From positions 1,240,881 to 1,304,880 of the forward strand of contig CAJINV010000004.1 of assembly GCA_905178155.1 (NCBI GenBank): DNA of 64,000 bases, read 5' to 3'. This stretch comes from Amoebophrya sp. A120 (Eukaryota; Protista; Dinoflagellata). Under the pieces are notes generated by a model. The model saw only the letters and a program-made list of their open reading frames with translations, searched no databases and had not been told where the DNA came from. The position numbers and the translations under genes are program-made. Shown here one piece after another: positions 1-11,528 of the stretch (the first letter of the stretch is position 1; each line of letters opens with the position of its first letter).

Positions 1-1006
1 AACAAATATCATGAAATAACGCACCTGTGGTATCTATCAGTCGATGCTGACGAATTCAGAACGAGAGCGACGCTGCACCCGTTTGTTTTCACAACGTGTT
101 TTTCTAGTCTCGTCCTCTCCGTTTGTGTTCGTTCTCCCGCACTCGTAACGATCGCTCTGCGACGCTCAACACGATCGCTTTCCAACGCTCGACTCACAGC
201 ACTCGAGAAACTCAACAATTTCGTCCAAAGACTTCGACTAAGTAGAGTTGTGTACTTACGTACTTACACCGCTTCCAGAAAGAACTTCAACGGGCTGGCC
301 ACGTCAACAAGTTGTCCATATTATTCTCTGCTGTTTTTTTTCAAAATCTTCTTGCCACGAGAATCTATCAATTCAGCAGAAGATCTTCGTCTATCAACGA
401 TGAAGAGGACAGTCTTCACGCTGCATCTGCAATCAATACGCGAGCGCGTGGGCGTGCGCCACAACCGAGCTGCATGAAGATGAACACGGCCGCACGACAG
501 ACAGCGGTGCTTAAACTACATCAGCAGACAACAAGTGGGCTACAAATGGGAAACGAAACTTTTCATGCGTTCGTGAAAATTGCTGGGTATCTATGGGGAT
601 TCAGGAGAAGTAAATTATATATGTATTGGGTCTCATTCATGAAAATACTTGGGTTGTACAGGCCTTCAACATAATCAGGAAAAAAATGCTCTAAAATAAA
701 CTGGGGTAAGATACTTAGTTAGGTATAGCTACTCAAAGCTTGTTTCGATAACTGCTAGCATGTACTAACTTCCTATGTCTATGTTGGCGCGATCTATCAC
801 CTTAGTGTTAGTACTTAGTAGACATTTATCAAAACCAAAAAATAAAAACTTCTCGTCCTCTTAGCTGTTTTTATCAACGAACTAGCAACACATCACAGGC
901 CGAAATAGTAAAGGAGTATGTAGTTGATAGCCTGATGATGAACCAAAATTCTACACATATTCCTCCTCCACGATTTCTCGTCGCACCTTCGCAACTTCCC
1001 TTTCGC

Positions 1007-4000
1007 CTAGCAACACCCCTCCAAACTGCCGATCTCCGAAGTTGGTGCGTTGCTTGCATGAACAAGGCCTCCAGACCCTTGGCCGCCCCGTATCCTGTGT
1101 AAAAGCGTCCCCACCTCCCCCTAGTCAAGTTGGGACGAGCTCTGCAACGCAACTCCCGAAGTTTGGGGAGTCAACAAGCATATAAAAAGTTTTTCTCTGT
1201 ATTGTAGTGCAGGTTGAGGTTATAGCAAGGACCGCCGGATCACAAAGCCAGCTCCTTATCCTCCTGTAACTGTTTACAGCATTACTACACATAGAATAAT
1301 TATCCAAAACACGACTGAATCAGCACGGCTCTCCTGGGCGATATGTGCAATTTTGTTACGACTCTTCCTGTAATAATTGCATCCAATCTGCGCGACTACA
1401 ACTCTGGGCTGGGAACGTTTTTGCTCAGGATACCGCCTCCGGGACCACGTTCGATGTCCTCGATGACAACCCCGGGTTTACGCGTCGACCCCGAATTGTC
1501 AATCCACGTGATCTATGAAGTGTAAAAATGTCTGGGTCTGGAAGAATCCAACTTGTCATGCTGATTTCGGATTCTAAAAAAATCTGTATTGCATGAGCAG
1601 CCAAGAGGATCCAAGTTTTGCTACACGGAAAGAGCATTTGTCATGCAGATTAGGCATCAGGAAGCCCTCTAAAAATCTGTGATGCTAGGGCATGCATCAC
1701 AGACATCAGGAGTCATGCAAAATGTGCATGACAAACCTGGCAATCTTCCAGACCCAGACATATTTGCATTTGATATGATCGGGGCTCGTGTCGTGCTCGA
1801 AGGTGGTGGGTTGTGATTGTCACCAGCAGCGCTCGCGGTCGTTGTTGTGCTAGAAGAAGAGGCGGGCCCAGAAGTTCTTGTACTGCCATTACCTCCATCC
1901 CCCGTGCTGGCCAGGAAAAACGGCCCCTTCCGCATTTGCTCCCGGGTCAGGAGCAAATCGCGCTCCAACAGTCTGCCGGAATCTTGCGCGGCTTCCAACA
2001 ACGCCTCCCATGCGTCCTGACCTTCGTCCCAACCCCCAGAGTTGGGCCACTGCCTGTTCTCCCCAACTGTCGGGTTGTCTCCGTAAACAAACCCCGACTT
2101 GTATCGCAAACACTGCGCCGTCTCGTGCCAAATGCAACCATTCGCATACTGTGTGGGAGACTGGTCGTTTTCCCACCACTTTCGCAGCACGTCATTCAAC
2201 CTCGTCCACTTTACCTTCGCGGAGAGAATTTCCTTGTTCCAGGTCCCGAGCAACACGTGGCCCACCGACGCGGACACGAAAAACGAGGGGGCGGAAGAGA
2301 GCGGGACAAGTGCGGTCAGCTCCCGGAGTTCGTCCAGGTACTGCTTTCCCCGTTGTTTCGCGTGGCCAACCTCTCCCCTCAAATTCTTCGACACCCCGTC
2401 CTTACCCATCAAATAGGTATCGTAGCCGTGCATCGCGACGAAGTGCCGCACCTTCACGTTGGCGAGGTTGTCGGTATTGCACACCTCGTTGCGGCTGTTC
2501 GGCAGGAAAAAGAGGGCGTTTTTCCGGGGGAAAAAGCACGTCCAAGAAGCAGGGGCGCCACCAGTTGCAGTAGTACTCGTTCCGCGCACATTTTCATGGT
2601 CACAGCCGGACTCGATTTTCGCATTCCAAACGGGCGCACCGACCATGTAATCCTGTTCCAGTCCGTTCGGAGCGTAAGTTGTTGTATCACCATAATTCTC
2701 GTCGTCCATTTCGAGTGGCGTGTTTGCCGCGAGCACTCTCGTGGCGCGCGCGTCGTTTTTCAAGTACCCCGGGGTTGCGAACGCCGCACTCGGGGGTCCA
2801 CGGACGTACCAGGCAGAGTCCTGCAGGATGCCGAATTTTTGGAACGGCACTTCGTGCAGGATTCTGTCCACCTCCGCCTCCGTTTCGAAGCCGCCCCGGG
2901 CGGTCGCGTCCTTTTTCTGCGCCAGAAACTGCAGGTTCAGCTCGTTGAAGACGTGGAAGACCGTGCAGGCCTGCAGCCCCGTGCCCGCCGCGCCGGCGGA
3001 ACTGCCGGCAAGGACGATTTCGAACGGTCGTTGCGCGAGCGTGAACGACGCACCAGGAAGTGCAAGGTCGTTCTGCGCCTTTTGTTGATCCACCACCTCC
3101 TGTCGGACGACAGCGTTCCGGATTGCGGTGGTCACCTGTTTGATAATTCGGTAGCCGTGGAAGAAGACGCCGTCACCCGTCGCGGCATCGGTATTGTAGT
3201 ACCCGACGTCGCTGTTCCCCGCCCACTTGTCACTGCTGCAGTAGGGGAAATACACCTTGTTAAAGTCGTATCCAGGAAAAAAACTGTGTAAGTGTAAGCT
3301 TCTTGGAGGAATAGCATCACAAGTTTGCTCTGCATGACACAGAAAACCTGTCATGCGTAGCTAGTACGTGAAAACATGCACGAAAATTGTCTCTGATGCA
3401 TGTCCAGCATGACAAGTGTAACAGTTTTGCATTTTCTGCAACACAAATTTACACTTACACAGTTTTTTTCTTGGATAAGTCGTGAAACACCAACTCGGTG
3501 TTCGTGGATCCGAGCAAGCGGTCGGCGTCGACGTCCATTTTGAAGCTTTCTCCGTATTACAATGAAAAATGCCCCCAGCCCAAACTTGGCAGCGTTTGTA
3601 TTGCAAACCTTTCCAATAGAAACATTCCCCGTCTTGCATATCTCAGCATCACGAATTTTCCATGCTGAATAGCTCAAATTTGTGTTGCGAAGGAGCCCAA
3701 CAGCAGGCGGATCTGTTTTGCACAAGGCACCTTGCGCACCTAGATTCTGCATCAGAAAGCCTCGCAATCCTTTCATGCAAGACAAAAAGCTTTCATTATG
3801 GAAACTTTGCATGCGAAACTTCTGCAAAGTCCGGGGTGAGCGCATTTTTCACTGTAATACTCCCTTCGACGACTTCAAGCCTTCGCTTCGGCCGTCTATC
3901 AAGTGCAAATATGTCTGGGTCTGGAAGAGTGTGGACTTGTCATGCAGGTTTTCCATGACCCATGAGGTCTGGTCTGGAATGCGGGACCTAGCATGACAGA

Positions 4001-4974
4001 CTCTGTGAGGTCACTGTCATGCCTATCCTGCATGAGAAACTCCCTCTTAACTTGTTCGAAAGTGGGCAGCTTTTGGCGCTCATGCAATACAGATTTTTGC
4101 ATGATTCAGATTTAGCATGACAAGTTGCGATCTTCCAGACCCAGACATATTTGCAATCCATACCGTCGTAGCTGCTGCGAGTCGGCGCGTCCCCACCAGA
4201 CTGGAGGTAGAAGACCCACCTGCCGACAGTGGACAGGTAATCAGCTCTGTCCAGCGCCAGACAGGGGTTCCAGTAGAAAACGTAGTCACTGCCGTCGTTG
4301 CACTTTATGTCGTTGATCGTAGTTCCGCTGGCTTGCGGTTGTTGTTCCAGCGAAAACAAATACAGGCGGTTCTTTTTCGCGCTGCTGTACTGATTCCCGG
4401 GATTCACGTCTTTCAGACGGTTGCAGGCGCTTTCCAGGCTGTCCGCTTCCTTTAGCTCGATCGTGACCGCCGCAGATGAAGCTGTGGCAGCTCTAGAAGC
4501 CTCTACTTCCTGAAGAAATGCTCGCTGGTCTACTTCTCCCTCTACTTCATCTCGTGTCGTCAGCGTCGTATCTGCTTCCGTTGTTTTTGCAAGTGGTAGT
4601 TCCGTTGTACTAGCGCCTTGTGGTTGTTCATCCTGACGACCACGACTAGCTCGTGGTAGTTCTACAACTGCGGTCGCGCCTTTTCTTCCAAAGGTTTTGC
4701 TCTGTTGTAGCAACGTGATTCTCGTCTCGCCGCCGCGGGTGGTGTGGTCTTCAACACGACTCTGCGTTCTTTCAGAGAACGAGTTGTCGGTCCTTTCTTG
4801 CATCAATCCCCGCGAGGACCGTAATGCGGTGGCAGTGGTCCTCTTCCATTCCCGGAGATTCTTATTCCGGCTCTCAACCTGCACTAGGGAAAATTGAAAA
4901 GTAGGCAGGAACGTGGATGAAAATAAGTAACTCGCCACAACCCGACCAGATTGGTGCGAAGATGTCCGCAACAT
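1007..4974 (-). CDS. Notum / pectin-acetylesterase-family secreted hydrolase, paralog 1 (6 exons, 5 TIR introners)
   Basis: Motifs CNDGS..FY, PYCSSDKW, FHGYRI, LAGSSAG (nucleophile elbow), DSAW and GHVLL; hydrophobic N-terminus. The frame is continuous after removing elements 3897-4162, 3555-3859, 3269-3477, 1514-1775 and 1091-1432 plus 5 nt each. Ends ...LEGCC* (last exon chosen by match to the paralog's GGCC*). Confidence 0.8.
1091..1432. mobile_element. TIR introner family B (342 bp)
   Basis: TATCCTGTGTAAAAGCGTCCCCACC...GGGAACGTTTTTGCTCAGGATA; flanks CCCCG/CCGCC (3/5). Removing 5 extra nt gives the GCC-ending frame. Confidence 0.7.
1514..1775. mobile_element. TIR introner family A (262 bp)
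   Basis: TATGAAGTGTAAAAATGTCTGGGTCTGGAAG...CTTCCAGACCCAGACATATTTGCATTTGATA; direct repeat TGATC; restores RAPITWIDNSG. Confidence 0.92.
3269..3477. mobile_element. TIR introner family D (209 bp)
   Basis: TATCCAGGAAAAAAACTGTGTAAGTGTAA TIR; repeat AGTCG; restores VFHDFNKVYFPYCSSD. Confidence 0.92.
3555..3859. mobile_element. TIR introner family C (305 bp)
   Basis: TATTACAATGAAAAATGC TIR; repeat CTCCG/CTCCC; near-identical to 33186-33490 in the opposite orientation. Confidence 0.9.
3897..4162. mobile_element. TIR introner family A (266 bp)
   Basis: Family A TIR; repeat CCGTC; restores SSYDGRSEG. Confidence 0.92.
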
Positions 4975-5856
4975 GGTGAAGGGGTTTTTTTGGAAATGAT
5001 TGAAGAGTTGATCTTATCAAAGAAAAAGTAAAATCGCAAGAAGATATTAAGACAGTAAACGCAACAGGATTTTTTCTACTCAGGGTCTACTACCGCCGGA
5101 TGATCATGATCCTGCTATTGTTTTTTCTTGAAAATTTTCGTTCTGTTCTGGCGGGAAAAAGGTCTGCAACATTCGACTAGTTGTAGCTACACTTCCTACA
5201 TCCTATTTTTAACTGACGATGACCTTCGTTCACGATAGGTGTAGCAAGTACGATGAGCCTGATAAAGCAATATGCGTGGTGAATCACCTTGTTCCTTCAC
5301 GACGGCAGAGACGAGTTCACATTGATAAAAATCCGTTTCAGCATGACGATAACGATTACAGGCGTTGGAAGAGTTCTTGCCTTCGAGATTCTTTTCAGGA
5401 CGATGATTACGATTGTTGCAAACCCATTCTTCTCGTTGGTTGTTCGGACGACCACGCACGGCAACATTATGGAACGCAAGCAGAAGAAAAACACAAATAA
5501 GACGTCAAAAAAAGCTGAGCTGTCAGGCTCCATTCAACAAAATCACCATACAAGCCAAGGAAGCGCCATGGTCGAAATAGAATTCAAAATCGTGCGGCTC
5601 AGCTTCATATAGCATGGTCGAAGGCAAATCTGGGATTGGGAAAAATTTTCTCTGGGACCATGGAAAATAAAAGGATAAAGACAAAAACCTAAACGATCGA
5701 ACAAAATTATGCTACAAGAAATCATGTGAATAGTATAATCGACAAGAACTTTTCGGGTTGTTCAGCTGCTGTAGCGTAACTCATGAACATGGTGTTAAAC
5801 AGACCACCATAATCATCTTGTACATGAATAGAAGAAACAAAATCGAATTCATATAA

Positions 5857-8518
5857 TTAGCAACACCCACCGCCTCCCACTTCCCCCTCTCCTCCTGGCG
5901 GCCCCATGCGAGTCGGCTCCGCGGGGGCGTCGCTCGACTCAAAAATGGTTGTATTTCCTCCCGCTCCGCCCTGTTCTTTCGACACGCCGGAATTGGGAAT
6001 CCAAATCACCGGAGGCCGCTTGGGCTTGGTTGTAGCAGTACTTGCTCCTCCAAGATTAATCCCCAGCGTCGTCGTTGTTGAAGTTGTGGTCTTAGTGGTC
6101 GTTACAGTTGTGGTGCTCGTAGTCGTCGTAGTCGTCGTCGTGCTTGTAAATTGTTCCCGCATGCGCTTCTGCGCTTTTTGGAGCTTTTTTTCCTTCTGCT
6201 CGCTTGCATCGATTGCTGGAGCAAGGACTTCGTTTTTCCATTTCTCCTCCTGACACCTCGGCTCTTGCTCCGGAAGACCGCGGTTTTCCCCCAATGTTGG
6301 ATTGGCGCCGTACAGTCTCATCTGCGATGAGTGTGTGTCGGCTAGCATCAGACAGTCAACACAGTTCTCGTCGTTTTGAAACCAGAGACAGCTGTCGGCG
6401 TACTGTGTGGGGGCACCGTCGGTTTCCCACCAGTTGCGGACCACTTGATCTAGTGACTTGTCCATCACCTCTCCGTCCCACAATACCGTGCCGCCATACG
6501 CAGACAAGAATAACATTCCGGACGACGCGGACACGAAAAACGAGGGGGCGGAGGAGAGCGGGACGCTGGCTGTCAATGTTTTCATTTCGTCCAAAATTTG
6601 CCACCCCCGTTGTTTCCGTGGATTCAACTCAGTGGACGTCATTGGTTGCAGTGCATATTCCATTCCGACGTCATTGGTCCATATTTTATCGTCGTATCCA
6701 TGATTCAAAACGAAGTGCCGCACTTTCACCATGGCACTATTTTCCACGCCACACAATTTGTTCTCCTTGTCCGGCAAGAAAAAAAGCGCGTTTGTCCGCG
6801 GAAAAAAACACTGCCACGTATTTCCAGCCCCGACTTCTTGCGGACACCCCGATTCCAGCTTCGCGTTCCAAGCGCTTGCGCCGACCACAGCCTCCTCTTC
6901 TGCACCGCTCAACTTCTTGTTGCCCACTTGGGCAGTGACGAAAGGCAATAGCTCTTTGGCACGACTTATCAAATGCGAAAGTGTCTGGGTCTGGAAGGAT
7001 GGAACTTGCGATGCTTCCTGTGGGTCACACAAAAATCTGTGTTGCGTGATCACCAAAAGTTGTTTTTTTTTGACCAACACGAGCGGGAGTTTCTCATGCA
7101 GGATAGGCATGATAGACACTTCGCAGAATCTGTCATGGTAGGTCCTGTATTCCAGATGTCATGGGGTATTTTTGAAAATATGCATGACAAGTCTGCACTC
7201 TTCCAGACCCAGACATTTTTGCATTTGATATGACTGTCATTTTGCAACTCCTCCGGCGTTTCGTATTTTGCGGTTGGTGGCCCGCGCAACGACCAGCCAG
7301 AGTCCTGAAATATCCCGAACTTTCTAAATGGGGCTTGCGTGGTGAGAATTTGTTTCACATCATCGTCCGTCACCAACGGTCCCTGTTCTTGTTTTCCATG
7401 GACATTTGCCAAAAACCGCGTATTCAATTCGTTAAAAACGTGAAAGACCGTGCAGGCCTGCAGCCCCGCTCCGACGGCACCGCTAAGGGTCCCAGCAAGC
7501 ACAACTTCGTACGGCGTGCTTCTACGTTCCTCCTGCGATTGTACCTTGGCCCGCGTCTCCTCTATCACGTTGCGAACCGTGGTGGCCACTTGCTTCACGA
7601 TTCTGTGGCCGTGAAAGTAGATTCCATCGCTGAACCCTTTGTCAGTGTCCCCGGACCACTGGTCGCTGCTGCAGTACGAAAAGTGGATCCGGTTGAACGC
7701 CGAAAAAACGGTATCGTCATAACCTGGCTTGAACGGAGGGAAGAGCCAGAAGTGGTTGTTCCTGATTGTTCGCTCGTTGGAGCTCGTCGTCTTCACCGTG
7801 TAAGTTCGGGAATCTTTGTAGTTCTGAAGTGTGGGTGCGCTGCCGCCAGGCCAATCCAGATACAACAGCCACTTCCCGAGGCTGGAACCAATCCGAGCTT
7901 CAGATTCGAACGCACGGCAGGGATTCCAGTAAAACACGTAGTCACTGCCGTCGTTGCACTTCAATGCTGAGTTCTCGATGGAAAACGCATACAATTCGTT
8001 CTGCAGCCTGTCCCCGAGGCTGCCATCGTAAATCTCGGGATTGTTTTGTAACTGGATAGAGTATCACCAGGACGCAGTTTGATGGTCTTCGCGTCAGTTC
8101 CTTTATTTGTCGTCAGTGTAGCACGACTCGACGTAGTTCTTTGGCGCCCCTGCTGGTGCTGCTGCTCCTCTTGCTCTACTACTTTCTTCTCGTGCATACT
8201 AGCAGTCGCAGCAGCTTCCGCTTGTTCCGCCAAAAGCAAAGCACTTGAGGACCCGCTGCCACTTCGGGTGGTCCTCGTTTGCTCGGCATCGTCCCGCGTC
8301 TGGGTAGTTTCCCTTTCCTCCCATGGAGGCGACCGCGTGATTTTTCTCCTCATCTGGTCACGATGTCGCGCATTCTTCCTTGTTGTTTCACTGTTCACGA
8401 CCTTCAGCGACAACTGAAGCGTGGGCAGAAACAGGGAAAAATAGAGCGCTACTCGTCGAACGCTTCCGCTTAGCAACATGACGCTTGGAGGTAGAAGCGG
8501 ATTTTTAGTTGAGTTCAT
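5857..8518 (-). CDS. Notum / pectin-acetylesterase-like paralog 2 (probably catalytically dead; apparent frameshift near 8055)
   Basis: Collinear with paralog 1 (CNDGSDYVFYWNPC, YCSSDQW, CFFPR.NALFFLP, VPLSSAPSFFVSAS). GSSAG is replaced by GTLSG. One introner at 6967-7230. Confidence 0.72.
6967..7230. mobile_element. TIR introner family A (264 bp)
   Basis: Family A TIR; repeat CGACT/TGACT; restores QNDS(R/H)AKELL. Confidence 0.92.
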
Positions 8519-8752
8519 CCTGCAGAAGATTGCAACAGGAACGATTTTTGCACTGGTTTGGAAGGGCAGATTGGTGTACAACGGGGTCGTGGTCGTGCTT
8601 TTGCTAGTGCTGTTTCGCTAACTTTTACTTAAATAACTGACAGCAAAAACCGCAGTCTTGTGTCCGGGGAATAAAAAGATATGTGTACCTTAATACGGGG
8701 GTAGCTGTTCTTGTACGTAATTTGTAGAGTTTTGCCTGAGCGGACGAAAGTA

Positions 8753-11013
8753 CTGAAATAACATTGGACGACGACGACACGAGGTGAAATTTTGATCCTA
8801 GAGCAAACCTGCATTACAAATTTTGTCTCCCATGCAGAGCAAATTTGTCATGCATTTTATGAACTAGTGCGATGCTTTTGCAGTTCATAAGCTTCGAGGT
8901 CGCGCTGACGACGAATGTTCGCAGCAAGTTCCTTCACCCTTCGCGCGTGCTGGTGCTCCGACCGGTTCTCAGATTGGTCACGACTATGCACCCTGCCCCC
9001 CACAAGCTTTTCCGCCTCAACCACGAACGGCAGGTTGTGTGCTGTCAGTGTGGAAGCACAAAATCCGACGGCTGCTACGTCTCCATCCTCCAAATGCTGC
9101 GGCGGAATGAAATAAATCTCATCCCCCTCGGAGAACGTGGTAAACTCGCAAAATTCGGCTGTTTTCCAAAACAATGCGCCGCCATTCCGTACCCGCGTTT
9201 GCTCTTCTAAAAGTACGCCGCCAAGGAAGAAGGGCTGAAAGAACATTGGACGACGACGACACGAAGTGAAATTTTGATTTTCATCGTAGGGGTAGCGAGC
9301 GATAAACATCGACGCCGACACATACCACGACATCCATCGAGCCAGCATACATCTTCCCACCAAGCCACGAAGCTCTACCAGCCTCCGAGCAGACGCACGA
9401 GAAGGCGCGTCCAAAATCGGGGCGCAGTTGCTCCATCAGTAAGAAGCATCGGTGACCCGCCGCCGGCTGCCATAGTCTGGGCAAACCTCACTCCTTCCAG
9501 GTAGAGGCCGACCAGGGCCGGACAGCGGTGATTTTCGCTCGACACACGCTGGAGCAGCGACAGGAAAGTACTTGAGTGGAGAACTTGCACTTGACGACAA
9601 CGAAAGCAATACAACAATTTGATGGAGTTGCGGGCCGAAACGGAGTGAATCCCCTCCGAGCGAAAGAGTGATCCACAACGAACCGCCATAGTCCGGACTG
9701 GGGCGCCCTCGTCTGGGGTCCGTTGTTGGTGATTTAAAGCAGCCCTACCTCGGCGGAACACGCAACGACATCCACATCAACAGGCAACAACAGATAGAAG
9801 TGGGGCACGCAAAAGCACGGAGCGAACCAGCATGACCAAATGCCGTGCAGACGAGACCCGTCTCTCCTTGAAACCCTGGAGGCCAAGAACCTCGTAACCC
9901 CTCAAGAGGTACAGCAACATCGATGCAGAACAAGGGATACGAAGCAGCACCTACCGGCATTGTCACACATCCCCTTCCTACTACACCACTGCCCAACGGT
10001 ATTGATCAAGCGAGAACGCGACCACGAGGGGCAGGCGCTGGGGAGCAAGGAGCAGAGATTGCAGCACCGCGAGGAGGGATTGTTGGAATTCTCGTCATTT
10101 CGCGGAGGGTTCGCGAATTTCTTTTACGAGTTCCACAACATCGCCCCACTCCTTCAGCTTATCACTACAAGGCCGGCGCAGCGCGTTCTCGTCGGTAGCG
10201 ATCGAATAGCTGGCGTCGTCAAGGATCTCCTCCGGCAGACCGCGGAGGGCCGCAGTTGGTTCGTGCAGGTGGAGGCGATCCAGCAGGCACACGGCGAGAC
10301 GATTGACAAAGCACGACCACTCATTGTCAGCCTGATCTATTCGCCTTTTGGGGGCGATTCCGCACTCCCCATCCTGATATCTAGAATCGAAGCGGCAGCG
10401 GAGGAGGAGGCGACCACGCGTTTCCAGGACCGGCACAGGCAGACACGACGGGAAATCGCAGATGTCCAGCGGGAAATAGAAGTGTTGCGAAGCAGCAAGC
10501 GCGTAGGGGACACGGGAGGGACGCCGGACCATGGCGTAGACGACAGCCAGCCTACTACCATCTGGAACAGCGGACAGCTATATAGGACCCCGAGGTAGGA
10601 AGAACCGAGTCCGCGCAGCGGACCTAGAGCAACAGTGTGAAGCGGCAAGGAAAGTAGACCGCAGCCTCCCACCCGACCGCAGGTGACGGAAACACCAGAC
10701 ACAGCCCCCAGAAGCGCGTTTGCCTCCAGACACGACCGGGCGACTCTTTGATGCCGAGGGCGCAACCCGGAGACGCAGCGAAATTGGAGCACGCCGCTGG
10801 GTCTGAAGACGAGCGGCGGAGGCTATACGCCGGCGCACATTCCGGCTTGCCGGGTTACATCTTTAACCCCCAGATCCTGTAGCACCGTCGGGAAAAAGCA
10901 ACCGCAGACGAAAGCGGGGGAGATTAAACGCCGTAACCACGCGCGACAGCAGCAGTTCCTCTTCTTCTGAAATAACATTGGACGACGACGACGACACGAG
11001 GTGAAATTTTGAT
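8753..11013 (+). repeat. Three dispersed ~45-bp direct repeats (8753-8796, 9235-9278, 10967-11013)
   Basis: CTGAAA(T/G)AACATTGGACGACGACGACACGA(G/A)GTGAAATTTTGAT seen three times. Confidence 0.85.
9840..10598 (+). CDS. Hypothetical ORF with coiled-coil C-terminus, possibly part of a mobile element
   Basis: 252-aa ORF in a GC-rich block between repeat copies 2 and 3, on the opposite strand to all neighbouring genes; no recognised domain. Confidence 0.3.
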   Translation: MPCRRDPSLLETLEAKNLVTPQEVQQHRCRTRDTKQHLPALSHIPFLLHHCPTVLIKRERDHEGQALGSKEQRLQHREEGLLEFSSFRGGFANFFYEFHNIAPLLQLITTRPAQRVLVGSDRIAGVVKDLLRQTAEGRSWFVQVEAIQQAHGETIDKARPLIVSLIYSPFGGDSALPILISRIEAAAEEEATTRFQDRHRQTRREIADVQREIEVLRSSKRVGDTGGTPDHGVDDSQPTTIWNSGQLYRTPR

Positions 11014-11528
11014 TTATTTCATCAGCGGACGACAGTTCCGACAACAGCACGATTGATCACAACGACACAGCGTTTTATTACGACGGATGCTTCTACTTTT
11101 CTTGTACGCAACGGCAGCTAAGTAAGGGGCTGCAAGCAGCACGTTCACGAAAAATGAAGAAGTAGAAATGCACGGTTCTTGAATGGAGCGCTGTACTACT
11201 TCTAAAGAAGCTTGCCCTAGTTCCTGTACCAGGCGCTGCTGCATAACGTGATCGCACAGGAAATAAAATTTTCGGAGCTGTAGTTGAACAAAACACGTGC
11301 ATAATTCTGCTCGCCATCCCCAACACAACTTCTGTGCGTCGTACTAGCACCGCCGCGCGTTGAGAATACCAAGACGTATTTTCGTTTCTATGCATCACAA
11401 TTCAACAGCAAGAAGTCACGTCATGATCATTGCCATTACGATAGACCGCGTTGAAAGTAAATCGTCAACTAAAATTATGCGCTGCGTCTATATACAAATC
11501 GGATAAGCTCAGGAGGAGGATATAAAAC

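Noticed and set aside
874-1152. Alternative last exon of paralog 1 using a 3-bp repeat (CCG)
   Set aside because: The 5-nt removal frame ends in GCC* like the paralog and fits the rule at the other 29 sites; still needs cDNA confirmation.
1813-3291. Long plus-strand ORFs (492 aa; also 17877-18896 and 7230-7970)
   Set aside because: Antisense shadows of GC3-rich minus-strand CDSs.
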